Positions 1 to 12,300 of a stretch of 64,000 bases of DNA are shown one piece after another. Position numbers and translations under genes: made by a program. Below the pieces are notes generated by a model. It did not search any database. It had not been told where the DNA came from and saw only the letters and a program-made list of their open reading frames with translations. Origin of the DNA: Vicugna vicugna (taxonomy: Eukaryota); NCBI GenBank assembly GCA_013265495.1, contig MU059403.1:1812960-1876959 (forward strand), written 5' to 3'. Position 1 is the stretch's first letter. Every line of letters begins with the position of its first letter.

Positions 1-15
1 TCATGCATGCCTGGA

Positions 16-100
16 GCACTGTGCTGTGCACCAGAAACTGACATAGCATTGTGAACTGACTATAACTCAATTAAAAAAAACCCAAAAAACAAAAAAAGAA
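16..100 (+). mobile_element. LINE-1 extreme 3' end with A-rich tail
   Basis: 'ctgtgctgtgcaccagaaactgacatagcattgtgaactgactataactcaatt' followed by an A-rich tail; matches the laurasiatherian L1 3' terminus as recalled (tgctgtacacctgaaactaacacaacattgtaaatcaactatacttcaat). Confidence 0.75.
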
Positions 101-356
101 AGGGAGCATTAAAAACTAGGGGAGGGTGGCATATTAAAAACACAGAGAAAAGGGTGTTTCAAGTGCTCTAAACGATCAAATGCTACTTTTATCGACTTGT
201 ATTTCATCACATAAAGTAAGTAAAAGCAGTACATGGAAAAGCCAACAGTCAATTACATAAACCTATTTTTGGGAAAATAGAAGAAAACTAGCAAAGATGA
301 TGCCAGTCTCATTTTTAGGCTTTTTTTGGTCAGACATTTTGTAAGCGACACATTTT

Positions 357-372
357 GTGTGTGTGTGTGTGC
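357..372. repeat. short (TG)n microsatellite
   Basis: tgtgtgtgtgtgtgcg seen directly. Confidence 0.8.
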
Positions 373-954
373 GTGAATGTCTCATATCTTTTGCTGTTTC
401 TTCTGTAGTTTCTACGATTGAATATTGCATTTCATGATCAATCAGATTATTAAAAGTTGCATTAAAAAGACAAAAAGGGGCTTTGCAAAAAATTGTTTAG
501 TGGGCTAAAAAGGAAGTAAAATTGGAGTGAATTGAGAGGAAAATGAAGATGATAAATGGGGTTCAGTGAGTGTAATTCATTCCTTGAAGGAGTAGGGCCA
601 GGAAGGAGAAAAGAAAGGTGGGCTCTTGTGGGAGGAGGACATGGGCTTGAAAGTTGCTTCGGGGTTTGCTCTTCTACATAAGATGGGTGACAATAAAGCA
701 TGTGTGCGTACTAACCAAACAGAAAAGGCAAAAATGATGCAGATAAGAAATACGACACTTGCAGAAGTGAATGCCTTCAGATATTACTATTACGCTAACA
801 AACGACAAATAAAATAGAGAAAGCATTCTGTTGAATGTATAGTATGCTCGTATTTTTATAACACATAAAATAATTTGATGAAAAAATAAAGAAATTATAT
901 AGTATGGGACCATATAAATTGGACTGGTATCAGGAAATGAATACTATTTTAATT

Positions 955-1565
955 CAACTATTAGAAAAGATATAAAAGACTGGAACAAGAGCATGAAGCA
1001 ACTTAAACTGTCTGATGTTTCTGGAGCACTAGACCTGAACACAGAAAATATATTTTTTCAAGTGCACTTGAAATTTACAAAGATAGATTACATTTTTTAC
1101 CATGATGCAAACTTCAGTCAATTTGAAAGACTGAAACAATTAAAGAAAAAAAAACCTTTGACCATAACAGCATTAAATTACAAAGTAATAACAATCATAT
1201 TCAAAAATTTCTCAAACATTTGGAAATTAAGTAAAGTCATTTGGAATAAAAATAGACAAGGAAGAAAATGAAATAGACATTAAGATATATTTTGAACTAA
1301 AAAATAATGGAAACATAGCCTAGTAAATGTGTGAGATGCTGCTAATGCAGGACACAGAGGGAAATCTGTAGCTTTAAAGAATTGCATTAAAGAAGAAGAA
1401 AGGTGTAAAAGCATCGATCTAGATTCAACTTAAGAAGCTAGAGAAAGAAGAGTTAATTAAATCCGGAATATTTCTAAGAAAGCAAATTATAAAAGGCAGG
1501 GTAAACTTCAATAAAATAGAAAAGTACAAAGAGGAGAGAAATCAGAAAGTATGAAAAATTAATAA
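955..1565 (+). mobile_element. old LINE-1 (L1M-type) ORF2 endonuclease/linker region, degenerate
   Basis: A-rich; segments such as 'ttcaagtgcacttgaaatttacaaagatagattacat', 'aacatttggaaattaagt' and 'gatgctgctaatgcaggacacagagggaaat' align to L1 ORF2 motifs (FFSSAHGTF.KIDH, WKLN, WDAAKAVLRGKF). ORF 993..1271 is a frameshifted remnant. Confidence 0.85.
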
Positions 1566-1569
1566 AATT

Positions 1570-1770
1570 AACACAGAAGAAGGGGGAGAAAGACCGAAGG
1601 AGACCGGAGAACAGGGGAGGGAGGAACATGGAAGGAATGGAGGGAGAGAAGGTGGAGGCAAGCGTGAGACAGAGGAGAGAGAAAATGCAGACAAGGCGGA
1701 GGGGCCGTTGGAAGGAGAGGGTTAGAAAGAGCAAGGAGGAGGAGGGGCAGCAGGGGGCAGGAGGGGCTCG
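1570..1770. repeat. GA-rich low-complexity purine tract
   Basis: near-continuous G/A (gaaggagaccggagaacaggggagggaggaac...). Confidence 0.75.
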
Positions 1771-2935
1771 GCCGACATACTAATGACGATCAGTCAGTCT
1801 ATGGAGATGCTAACAATTAAAAGAAATCTCTGTCCCGATGACCATGGTTCTCCGAGGACTGGAGAATTCACTAGGTCACGGAGGCAGGAGATGATAGACT
1901 AGAAAATGCGGTCCCAAAGCAGGAGATTTCAGCTCCCACAGCTGGGAAGGAGAGCCCAGGCTCACTGGAAGATCACCTCTTCCATGTAACGGGTGTAGAA
2001 TTTCACATGGTTTAACGATTAGATGATAACATCACACGGAAAAGAGAGAGCGCTTGGAAAAGACTTCTATATTTACGGAAATTAAAAGCTACAATATTAA
2101 CTCAAATATTAATTCACGTTCATTGGTGCAATAGTAATGAAAAACTACCACGTTATACCATCAGGGCACAGTCACTTTTCCCTCAATGCTGTTCTTTTTC
2201 ACAGTGCTGCATCCACAGCCCCCAGAACAGCGACTGCGTCTTACAGCCACCCTGGCGGTCGTGACCAGGTACCAGTTACGGCTGATGGGGTGAGGGGGGC
2301 AGTGTCCTTGCAGTCTCAGGATGTGCTCTCAGGAGCAGTCTAGGGCAGCAGTCCCAGGAGCAGGCAGCCTCGATCGCCAGTCCTGGGGGTCCCACTCAAT
2401 CCCTTCATTGGGCACCTTGCTGTGTAGGGGGAGCCTAAAGGACTTTGTGGAGCCCACCATCGCACAGAAGCAGCTTCAGAGAGGAGACCCCATGGGGACT
2501 GAGCTTCATTCTGTCAGACCTTGTGCCCTGGCGTGGTGCTGGCAGGGGCCAATGTGCAGGAAGTCTTCTCAACCTACCCGAACCGTGCTCCTTGCAACAG
2601 TGATAACTCTAAAACCACTGCAGTCTGACTGGCAACCTTTGCCCCACCCAGAACAAAGCTGTCTCTGGCAGGAGTCCGACAACGGCCTCCCCCACATTCT
2701 GAAGTTCTTAGCACCTGTTCATCATGAGGACAGCTGGTCGTCACCCACGGATGCCAACTCTTCCCTGAGTCTGTCCGAGTTTCCTCTGAGTCAGGTGAGA
2801 GGGGTCAGGCGTTCATCCCAGCGAAGAAGTCCTGCTCCCAGCTGGGGGACCCAAACGTGAACTTCGGGAATCGGGGCCCCGTGGAGCACCTGCCGTCCTC
2901 TCTGAGGGGCTTCTCTGTTCGGATGGGTCACTTAC

Positions 2936-3142
2936 CAGGCCTTTTAACCACATGCCAAGCTCTTCACAGTTTGGCTGAAATCTGACCAATTGTGACCGTT
3001 TTTTTCCTGGAAAACATTCCAAGACTGGGTCCATCGGGGTCCCCGTGGCAGGGATGGCGCTCTGCTCTGTGACCCCCCCCCTTGGGGATGATGCCTCCTT
3101 CTGTTGGATTAAAGAAGCCCACGTGGTCACTTCTTCATACAC
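2936..3142 (-). CDS. candidate coding exon, unidentified (VYEEVTTWASLIQQKEASSPRGGVTEQSAIPATGTPMDPVLECFPGKKRSQLVRFQPNCEELGMWLKGL)
   Basis: 207 nt, open in phase 0, bounded by cgtag| and CTG|gtaagt on the minus strand; alternative stronger acceptor ttttccag| gives start 3006; next upstream donor CAG|gtcagt at 3405. No homology recognised. Confidence 0.25.
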
Positions 3143-4189
3143 CTACGTGGTTAGCCTATTTCATTTGACTTTTTTGATGTGTCAGGGACCCAGTGCACAC
3201 ACACTTAGAGATTCCTGAGACAGCTCCATGACGATGGCGAGAAACCCCTTCCCGCAGGACGATCATGAACATCCCAGTCCGATCGGCCGCTGGCAGGTGC
3301 CTCCGGCTGATGCGTCGTAAGACTCTTGAGGCGCCAGACACCCTTCTGCAAACCTCTGCCTTCTCTTCCTTTCCTTCACCTAGATCCAGGCAGCAGGTAC
3401 TGACCTGCCGGTCCGTCTGGCCCCCAATGTTATTTTGCTTCTGAGCAAGTGACCTCAGCTTTGCACACAATCTGGATGAGACTCTTCTTTCTGTCCCACG
3501 TGTTTGTGACGGTGTCACCCTCCGTGAAGACGGAGCTCAGCGTCTTCTCAGGGAAGGGGGCTCCCCTGGAGCACCTCCGGTGACTGGGTGGTGGACTCAC
3601 TTCTGGGGAAGGCTGCACATCTCCTTGCATGTAAAGCTCCAGTAATGACGGGACAGGGCTGCATAGAGCCTGGCGCTGGCTGAGTCTGGTTCTCCTCGGC
3701 TGACTTGATTTTTGTGGTGAGGAATGGGGAAGCGGCCGTGTTTGCTGCTTGACTTATTTTGGACGCGAACGTTTTCTGATCCCCCTCAAAGCGCCGGATC
3801 GAGCTGAGCCTGGCGGTCTCCCAGGACTGTAAGACATGCTTTAAAAGCCACTGTTCGCAAGTGTGTCTTCGATGCTGTGTAAATTGGAATTCTCTTGGTA
3901 CAGTGTCACCAAAACAAGATGGAGCAATAACTTGGACCCTGAGGTGACATAAAACAGCCATTGCGATCGGTTTCCCAGGATTTCAACTCAAACGTCCATC
4001 GAAACAGCACCGCCGTTTTCTCTGTTGTTCTGAGTGAATACGAGAAAGTTAGGCTAACGACATCCTGTCACGGCCAGGGAAAAGGCCACGCGTTTTTGTT
4101 TCAGAATTTCGTGCGCGACTCCATTTGAAGAGTAGACTCTGTCTTGGAGAAACGTTTAAAACCAAGCGCCCAGGAGCAGAAGTGGCCAA

Positions 4190-5035
4190 TCAGCAGACCG
4201 AGGGCGGGCTTCGGTGACCCGCGGGCTTGGGCTGTTTAAATCACGTCTTAAATCAGGTGTTTTCCAGGAAATAGCATTTCACGTTCCTGTTAGAAATCGG
4301 GAGCTTTTACGTTCTTGTCCCTGGAGGACAGTGACCAGCGGCCGGAGGGCGGTAGAGGCTGCCTCAGGACCGGCCCCCGAGCCCCCGCTGCCCGCCTCCC
4401 GCACGCCCCGCGGGAGCCCCGCGGGGGACCCCCCGCCCCCAGCTGCCCGTCAGCGCGCCCGCCGCGCGGCCCCGGGTCTCAGGCCCTGGAACGCGGCCTG
4501 CAAGCGCAGGTGGTTTAGGGGTTCGGAGGACGGGTCCCGGCAAGGTCGGGGGGCCGGGCCGGGCCGCGCTGCGCGGCGGAGGCGGCCCGCCCGGTGTGCG
4601 CGCACGACGCCTCTGGGCCGCGGGTGTCAGGAGCATCAAACGAGCGGAAGCCGTTCACCCAGACGGGAAAGGGGGTGCGTTTCCTCGGGGCCCGGGGGCT
4701 CCGGACAGGCGTGCGGGACACCTGCGCGCCGCGGCCCCCGGGCAGAGCTCCGCCGCTCGCGGTGTTTGAAAGACGTTGTCCAGACCAGTCCGTCAAGAAA
4801 TGGTGCCCAGATGTCCAGGTGCCTTTTGGCAAAACAGACCTTTTCTCAGACTGTAAAAGCCAGAGGCCCCCGGTCTTCGCCCAGCATCCCTTTCACGTGC
4901 TTCCTTCATCCCGGGACGACACCCCTGAGCGCACACGGCGCGGACTGAGCGCGCCTGGTGGCGGCCGCAGCTCACCACGGGCGCCGCGCCTGGCGGGATA
5001 CAATCAGGCGTTTCTCCGCCGCACGTCGTAATCTT
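4190..5035. promoter_or_regulatory. CpG island 1, probable (possibly bidirectional) promoter
   Basis: very dense CpG/GC; CCAAT at 4186-4190, GC box GGGCGG at 4202-4207, CHR-like TTTGAA at 4124-4129 and 4765-4770. Confidence 0.8.
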
Positions 5036-5070
5036 CGATTCTCCCCAGCACCTCTTCAATTTGCTTGAAC

Positions 5071-5076
5071 ATGGCT
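5071..5076 (+). CDS. candidate start codon at end of a first exon (Met-Ala, then intron)
   Basis: gaacATGGCT|gtaagt: strong Kozak context (A at -3, G at +4) directly followed by a consensus donor, just downstream of CpG island 1. Confidence 0.35.
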
Positions 5077-6555
5077 GTAAGTAAACATGTGTCAAATTAA
5101 AAGAAAAAAAGTTTGAAGACCAGCGATTGCTCCCTTTGGTGTAAAGTGAAGTGAAATCCTCAGTATTAATTAGACCTTTAGTTAAAACCTCGAGTGCTGG
5201 TTAAAGGAACTCTTTCTCACTGCCGGAAAACAGTGTTCTAACGCTTTCTGCAGGAAGAAATAGGGCCCCCTACCGTTCAGTTTTAGCAGCGCCGTCGAAG
5301 GGAACAGTGCCTTTTAGCCAAGAACTGTGCACACGCTGTCTTCTTTCCAGGAGACGAGTTTAGCTGTGCTGTTCCCACACGTCACAGTCTCCAGAGCGCT
5401 GGACTTGATGAGGGGTTGGACGGAGAGTGCTTCCTCCTTCTTAGTTCGTTAGGTTCCACGTGCTCCCTGGCACATCCCACAAGGATACAGCCCCATCTAT
5501 GAGATCGTGCAAGAAGCAGCAGTGACAGTGACGTCTGTGTCCCCACGACTACCTGGCCGCCCATCCCTGCAGGGTCGCGGGAGGAGGAGTGGGGCTGGAG
5601 CTGAGCGGGTAGGAGGCCCTGGGGTGGCGGGTGTGAAGGGCGGTGTGGTGACTGATGCTCGTGTCTGGCCAGCAGCCAACAGGCTTGGCCACTGCAGTGC
5701 GCGGGGGTCCCCAGAGCGCAAGAGGGTGTGGCAGGACAGGTGCTACTGCGGGAGAGTCACCGGTCACAGGTGGGCAGGGGACGCAGGGAATCTTGGGTCT
5801 GAATGGAGGTCCTGATGCCGCCACATGGCGGAGAAAGAGGCAGACCAGGGTCCTGTCCAGCACCGACTGGGGGCTCCTGAGGCTGACGGGGTCGAGGTCA
5901 TGGGGGAGCATGGACATGGGGCGGGGTCTAGCCCGGGGGGCAGTCTGTGGACCACAGAAGATGTGCTGTCTGGGGAGAAATCGAGGAGCTTGGTTTTAGA
6001 TGGAGCCACCTTTCAGCTCCATCTCCTCCCCATGGCCCGTCCCAGGCAGTGCCCGGTGACTCGGGGCACAGCACGGAGCCGGAGAGCCAGCAGTTTCCTT
6101 TCAAGAGTATTGCAAACTGTTTGTCAATCAAGAAATTTCCGTGAGCCTTGCCTCCAGTTTCCCTCCAGCTCTGAAGTCCTAGGTGCAGACTCTGTCAGAG
6201 GACAGAGACCAGACTTCAGGAAACAAACGAATCCCAAGGGTGCTTGAAAGGAGGCGGGCTGAAAATGACCATTGTTTCTCGTGCTTTGTTTAAACTGAGA
6301 AACACAAAGGAGACATCCAGCAAGAAAGGATGTCGCCTGACCACGGCTGGCAGACAGCCCCAGTGCCTCCGTGCAGCCGGGGTGAAGCCGCCGGATTCCT
6401 GTCCTGGCAGAAGCTGGGGATGAGTGCGGGGCCTGTGGGAGCCACCGGGTCAGGACGCGCCGGGCCCGGGGCCGGGAGACTCTGGCCCAGGTCGTTATTC
6501 CAGGCCCCCAGTGTGCGGACTCCTGGGGCACTGGCCTGCACCTGTGTGTCTTCAG

Positions 6556-6587
6556 ACGGACCCAGAAAAGGCTGCCTTTTATACCAG
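6556..6587 (+). CDS. candidate internal exon (TDPEKAAFYT + AG)
   Basis: gtgtcttcag| ... CAG|gtaact; 32 nt, open in phase with 5071-5076. Confidence 0.2.
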
Positions 6588-8160
6588 GTAACTTACCTTT
6601 TCATTTGACTGTCTCAACTGCTGGCTTTTCATTTTCAAAATGAAACTTTAGGTTTGATACTGTTCAGAGGTACTCAAACAACTGGATTCCTTCCACGTGC
6701 ATCTAGAAATATCTTTTCTGGGGTAAAAATGACCAGAATCTCTCCGGCTGTCACCCATTCAGCCAGCATTGGAGTGAGTGGCTGCTTGCTCAGGAAAGCA
6801 CCCTGAGCATGAGGTTCCTGTCTCTCGATTAACGTGGTGGCTCAGTGAGAAGTGCTCCTTGTTTTAAGGGCAGATCTGGAGATCCTGGGCAGCTGAGCAC
6901 CTTGAGTGACAGGGAGGGGGTGACTGCGTGGACAGGGAGCTGGGCAGCTTGGGCGGGGGCCCAGCAGGGCGTGGGCAGGTGCTAACGCGGCAGCAGCTCA
7001 GGGGCCACGTCGGCTCTGCCTGGACTTGAGCGAGCTCGGACGTGACCCTGGGTGATTGTTGCACCTGCCCGACTCGGGGCTCCAAACGCACCAGGGGTCC
7101 TTTACTCGTGACAACTGCCCTCAGGGGTTCTGAGAGCTGGACAGCCTTCAAAAACAATAAACTATGTGACTTTTTAAGCATTCATTCATCTCAGATGTTG
7201 TGTATTTGCCCTTCAAACTACACAGAATGGGATTAAAACTAAAGGAAGGTGGACGGACACATCCTGACAAAGTGCTGGGTTTTGAGTTGATGCCTCAAAG
7301 GAATGAAATCTGTGGGAATGAGACTTCACTCCGATCCTACAAAGCACTCGTTTTCCGACACTGATCTGGAGACAGGTCTGACATGGGGCACAGGTTTTTG
7401 TGGTCTGAGGGCTTCTGCTCCCGGGAAGGAGGGACCCCCACCCTGCAAACACGCAGGGGTTCTTCTGTTGTGCCGAGGGGACGTGTTCATCTGTGACAAC
7501 TGTGACGACCATTTTTATCGAGCTCCTTGGAGACGGGAACCGGGTTTCCTCCATGGAATCAGGCAGGCGAATGACTGAACCCCCTCCACACACAATGTCT
7601 ACCTTCCACTTTTTGGATAGTCTTTAGCACAAGGCTTCCGTTGCCTCCCCTCCACCGGCCAGGCAGTGCTCCGGGGCCCAGATCCCCTTCCGGGGGCCAG
7701 GACCTGGCCTTCCACCTTTCTTTACCGTGGTCCCCAAGGTGTCCGTTGCCCCAACATACTGAATCCTTTCCAGTCAATTCTGTGCATGAACACTGAGTGT
7801 CCGAGGCTGCCGGCGCGTGGTCTGTGCTCCCAGCCCTCGGATCTCGGGACAGGGGTCCAGGCCCCCAGGGAGCAGGCTCTGAGGTCGGGCGTGACGCCCA
7901 TCCTGGCCCTAAAACATTCTCAAGGGCCAACTTTTGTTTTTATTTTCCATCAAGTTTTCCTAACTTTTCATTTTTGTTTTAAGTCAATTTGCTTTTTCCC
8001 GACCCTTTGTGGATAGAAAAGGTGCTCCTTAACGTCTGTCCACCAGAACCCTTCCCGTCACCGACAGCAGCTCATTCCTCCTGGACTCTGCACTTCCTCC
8101 CACTCCGTCCATGCGCTTTGATGCTCAGATTTAAGCTCGTTTTGCTGAGCCTGTTTCCAG

Positions 8161-8310
8161 CCATGCCGTTAACTATAAGCTGCAGCATGGAAACAAGAAG
8201 GAGGCGCGATCACCCCAAAAGCCCTCTGGAAACTCGCTTGCTTCGGAGAGCCCGGGGCGCGCCTCGCGTCCGGCAGCGCCGCTTGGCAAGGGATGGGCTG
8301 GAGGCCGAAG
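8161..8310 (+). CDS. candidate internal exon, 150 nt
   Basis: ctgtttccag| ... AAG|gtgaag; length is a multiple of 3; open in the phase left by exon 6556-6587 (HAVNYKLQHGNKKEARSPQKPSGNSLASESPGRASRPAAPLGKGWAGGR). Confidence 0.2.
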
Positions 8311-10475
8311 GTGAAGAGCAGGCCTCTGCAGGAGCCCGGAAGCATGCGGGCCAGTAGGAGCTCGGTCCGTGGAACAGCTAAAAGTGAAAGCTGTGTTGGA
8401 ATCTGCAAGAAAAGCAACCTCAGAACCTTTGAGTTCACAGACACCTCAGTTCTGCCCTCGTTGTTCGGAGGTGGTGGGAGCCATCTCCCTGACGTAACTG
8501 CCTCCGGGGCGCGCGGTGGGGAGGCTGCGGACTGGCCGAGTGCAATCAGGCCGTTTACCAGACGACTCTGAAGGGCAGCCCCTCCAGCATCCAGGCAGAG
8601 CAGGCAGGCTCCTGAATCTCCAGGGCTCTGTTTTCAGGGATTCAGACAAGAAAACAAGGATGAACCAGGGCAGGGTCTCTGTGGGCATCCCCTACCCGGC
8701 TCCTGGGCCGCAGCTGCGCTCCCCCACCCAGGGCATGGGCACAGCGGCGGCTGCCTGCTTCCTGGGGTGATGGAGCTGAGACAAAGCTGGTGTCACCCCA
8801 CACTGGGCGGGGCCAGGGTGGGACTCGGCGAAGAAGGGGTATTTTCTTGGTTCTATCTTTTGGTTCAAAGTCTTCAAATTCAGTGTATTTCTGTTGGATG
8901 CGAAGCCACCGGCCTCCGGTGTGGTTCATAGGCTGCAAACCTGAGCCCTTTCCTGTGCCTCACCGCTGTCCCGGGGCCGGCACCGCCAGGGAGAAATCAC
9001 TTCTGAGACAGGGAAGGAAAGCGCAAGTAACCAGAGGGAAGGAGAGATAAATTTCATTTACAAAGTGTACAGGGATTCTCCCCGAGAGCCCCAGATGGGG
9101 GGAGATTTCAGTTTGGAATCTGACGGCCCGCAGCCCACCTGTTTTATCACCAAGCAGAGCTGCTCTCCACATCCATTTGCTGCTGCGCAGGGTCTGTTCC
9201 GAATTCAGACTTGGCTGGGAAAGCCCTCCAATAAAAACAGGTCTTTGATGTCCAGTCCCGGCACATAAACTCCCAGATACGCTTTTACGAAGGTGAGTGA
9301 GTGAGTGGTTGGGTTAGCATGTGAACAGTTGCAAATGTCGGAGGCTTGGAGGGCAAGAAACTCAACTGAAAATTCCACTCCAGCCAGGTGTCTGGTTTAA
9401 ATTTAACAAACGAATATATTAAATATGCCTTATTGAGCTTCACACATGAAGTTGCATCCTTACGCATCTGAACAGAGCAGTGGGTCGCTTTCTCAGAAGT
9501 CATAGGCTCCCCCGGCCTTTCTGGGGGAGAGAGGGACACCCCGGTCTCAGTCCCCTCTGTCCGTGGCCTGAAACCTCGCCCAGCCTGAGGCGTGGGCTCC
9601 GGCTGAGGGCAGCGGACACGGCGTCCCCACAGCAGGCCAGGGAGGCCCCTCACTGTGTCACTGTGCCTGGATACTGGCATGTCCCAGGTCAAGACCACGC
9701 ACGCCGGCCGGCAGGTCATCCGAAAGGAAGGAAGTAGCACACGTTCCCCTGCAGAGACAGCCCGGTCCCCACCCCCAGCGCCCCTCATTCATAAAGCACC
9801 ACACACGAGCCGCATGGGAGGACACAGTGGGGCAGGGTCCGGGGCGTGCAGTGTGACGAGGACAGTTTGCCTCGTAAGGGTAGATTTCTTTAATTAAGCT
9901 ACCAGATATAAAATGAAATATTTGAGAAACAGCATCATGAAGTCAGCAACTCGATGTAATTTGTGGAACTCCACAGACATCACCTCTTCCACAGCGCCCT
10001 CCCCACCCCCTCAGCACACGGACACATGCGCAGGGAGAGGGCTGCGTGTCCGTGCAGCAGGCCGGCCTGAAATCAGGAGCCGTGTCCGTGAAAGCTCCGC
10101 TGTCTGTGAGCGGGGACAGCGATGACATCAACCTCGTGGGAGGGCAGCGGAGGTGAGCGCGTGCGGCGTGTGGATTGCCTCAGTGCAGACGGGAAAGACG
10201 TGCGCTTTCCTTACCGTCCTTAATGAAACCCAGTCCTGCCCTGCTTCAGAAATGCAACATTTCTCTAACACAAAACACTTCCTGTGTTAGGAGAATGTCA
10301 GGAGACAGATTAGGTTCCCAGATGGGGATGGGGACATGTTCATCTTAATTCTTCATTTGCATGTGTGCACGTGGGGAAGGGAGCATTTCTTTAGTTGAAA
10401 ACAACCTGTGTCTGTGCGCATGGTTCACGGAAGCCCTTCCTCCCCCACTTCTCACCCCGCATTTCCCGCGGGCAG

Positions 10476-10532
10476 TTTGAGCAGAAAGCAGATGCCCCTG
10501 ATGCCAAGACTCTGCCCGGGGGCCTCCTTCTG
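10476..10532 (+). CDS. candidate internal exon, 57 nt (FEQKADAPDAKTLPGGLLL)
   Basis: atttcccgcgggcag| ... CTG|gtaagt; phase 0-0 and open. Confidence 0.2.
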
Positions 10533-11499
10533 GTAAGTTTAACCTTGGGGTCCCAGTGCTTTTAACCCTAAGAAGGGAGGCAAGTGCCAGCCTGGAGTCC
10601 GGGCGAGGGCTGCCCCTCTGGCTGCCACGTGTCCGTCTGACAACAGCGCAGGGAGCCCCCGCCCCTACTCAGGCACCTGCACGCCCTGGAGCAGCTGTAA
10701 ACTTGAGAAGGCGACAGCCTGCGCTGAGAGGCTCAAGGCCACTTGAAACTCAAGGGCTTGGGCGCCGTGTGTGTTCGAGGCTCTTTAACACCTAAAGCTG
10801 CAATTCACAGGGAGACTGACGCCCAGCCCTGCAGCAGAGGAGTCGGTGGCCAGACCAGACCCGGCGGCGAGCGTCCCAGCTGACGTTCAGAGGAGGCGGA
10901 TCACACGAGAATCGATGTGTTCCATTAAGTACTGCATTAAATTTCATCAAGCTTTTTCGGAAGATGAAGTTTACACTGAAATGGGGAAGACTGGTGTTAC
11001 TTGCGGTAAAAAGTGGATAAAGCTTACGTCTCCATACACCACCTGGTGAAGCGTGTCTGACTCCGAGTTCCCCAGACCATGCTTCCTGAAACTTTTCTGT
11101 AAAGGGTCAGTTGGCAAATATTTCAGGTTTGCAGGCTGCGTGCGGTCCGCCGCGGCCACTCCGCTCTGCCATTGCAGCTCACACGGAGCTGTGACAGCCG
11201 TGGCTGAACGAGGAGGGCTGTGTGCCCATGAAAGGTTATCTTAAAAACCTGTCAGGCAGCCCCAGAGTTGTGCTCTGCCTACACATTCTGTAGTTAAAAT
11301 GCGTCCTTACTGATCAGGCTCTGGCTTTGAAATCCTACCTGTTCTCTAAATCTAGGCAAGTGAGTTTGGCCATAAGGTTGCCTAAAACAGATTAGTGAAT
11401 TTAAAGAAATAGCAAGAGAATAATTCCCAAATGACGCACATAGAGAGGTGAGTGGGGAGGGGCACAGCTTCCTGTCGAAAAACATCAAGAGCCGTGACC

Positions 11500-12300
11500 C
11501 ACTTACACCTGAATCTCAGAAGGAGTCAGATGAGACCAAAATATTTCTAAAATGATGATGGAAAATATTTCTGAATTTGGTGAAAATCCTAAATCAACAG
11601 ATCCAGGAAGCTCAATAAATCCTGGGAAGCAGCAGGGACACATGTACACAGACACATAAAAGGTGTCCACCAAGGCACGTCACAGTCAAACTGCTGGAAC
11701 CCAGCAGCAAAGGAAAATCCTAAAAGCAGCCATCCCACGCGGAGGCGCCGAGGCAAGAGCGGAGGGAGGAGCACATGCTGCGACCAGAGGTGGTGAAGTG
11801 ACGGTCTAAGTGCTGAAAGGAAAAACATGGCAGCCAAGAAGTGTGTGCCCGTCAAAACCAGCCTCTGAGAGCCAGGGCCCGCGGCCCGAGAGGCCAGCAC
11901 GCCCCGGGACGGCCTAATCCAGGGTCCGACGTCACCGAGCGTTGGCGGAGAGGCCAGGGCCTTAGACGCTGTTGGAGGGAACAGGACGCGGGCAGCCATT
12001 TCTGGAACGAGGCTGGCAGTTTCTTGGAAAGATAAGCGTCTACTTCCTTGGGTCCAGCAACCAGGTCCTATGATTGTGCCCCAAACAGTGGAAACACGCG
12101 TCCATACCACGTCTGACCTGAGTGCTCCTCTGTCATGACAGCCTCGAAGTAGAAACAACACGAACTTCCCTTGAGAGATAAATGAATAAACAAAGTGCGA
12201 TGTAGAGCCTAACACGGATGTCAGTTGCCAGTTAGAGGAAAAAAACCTCCAGTGCCTTCGACAACCTGGGTGACTCCCAGAAACACTGCGGATTACAAGG
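11500..12300 (+). mobile_element. old LINE-1 ORF1-region fragment
   Basis: 'gatggaaaatatttctgaatttggtgaaaatcctaaatcaacagatccaggaagctcaataaatcc' and 'cacagtcaaactgctggaacccagcagcaaaggaaaatcctaaaagcagcc' match ORF1p RRM motifs (ENFP.L, IQEAQ, IKLL..KDKEKILKAA); the 3' part is more diverged. Confidence 0.65.

Noticed and set aside
1474-1734. Hydrophobic, membrane-protein-like ORFs (also 13550-13891 and 25260-25586)
   Set aside because: They are antisense translations of GA-rich simple repeats
3430-3480. LCAKLRSLA resemblance to the SKA3 N-terminus (FCGKLRSLA)
   Set aside because: Only a short match, not at a start codon, and no other SKA3 sequence in the flanking exons
7460-7578. FICDNCDDHF as a zinc-finger or B-box half-site
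   Set aside because: Single CxxC without further ligands or supporting splice sites; expected by chance
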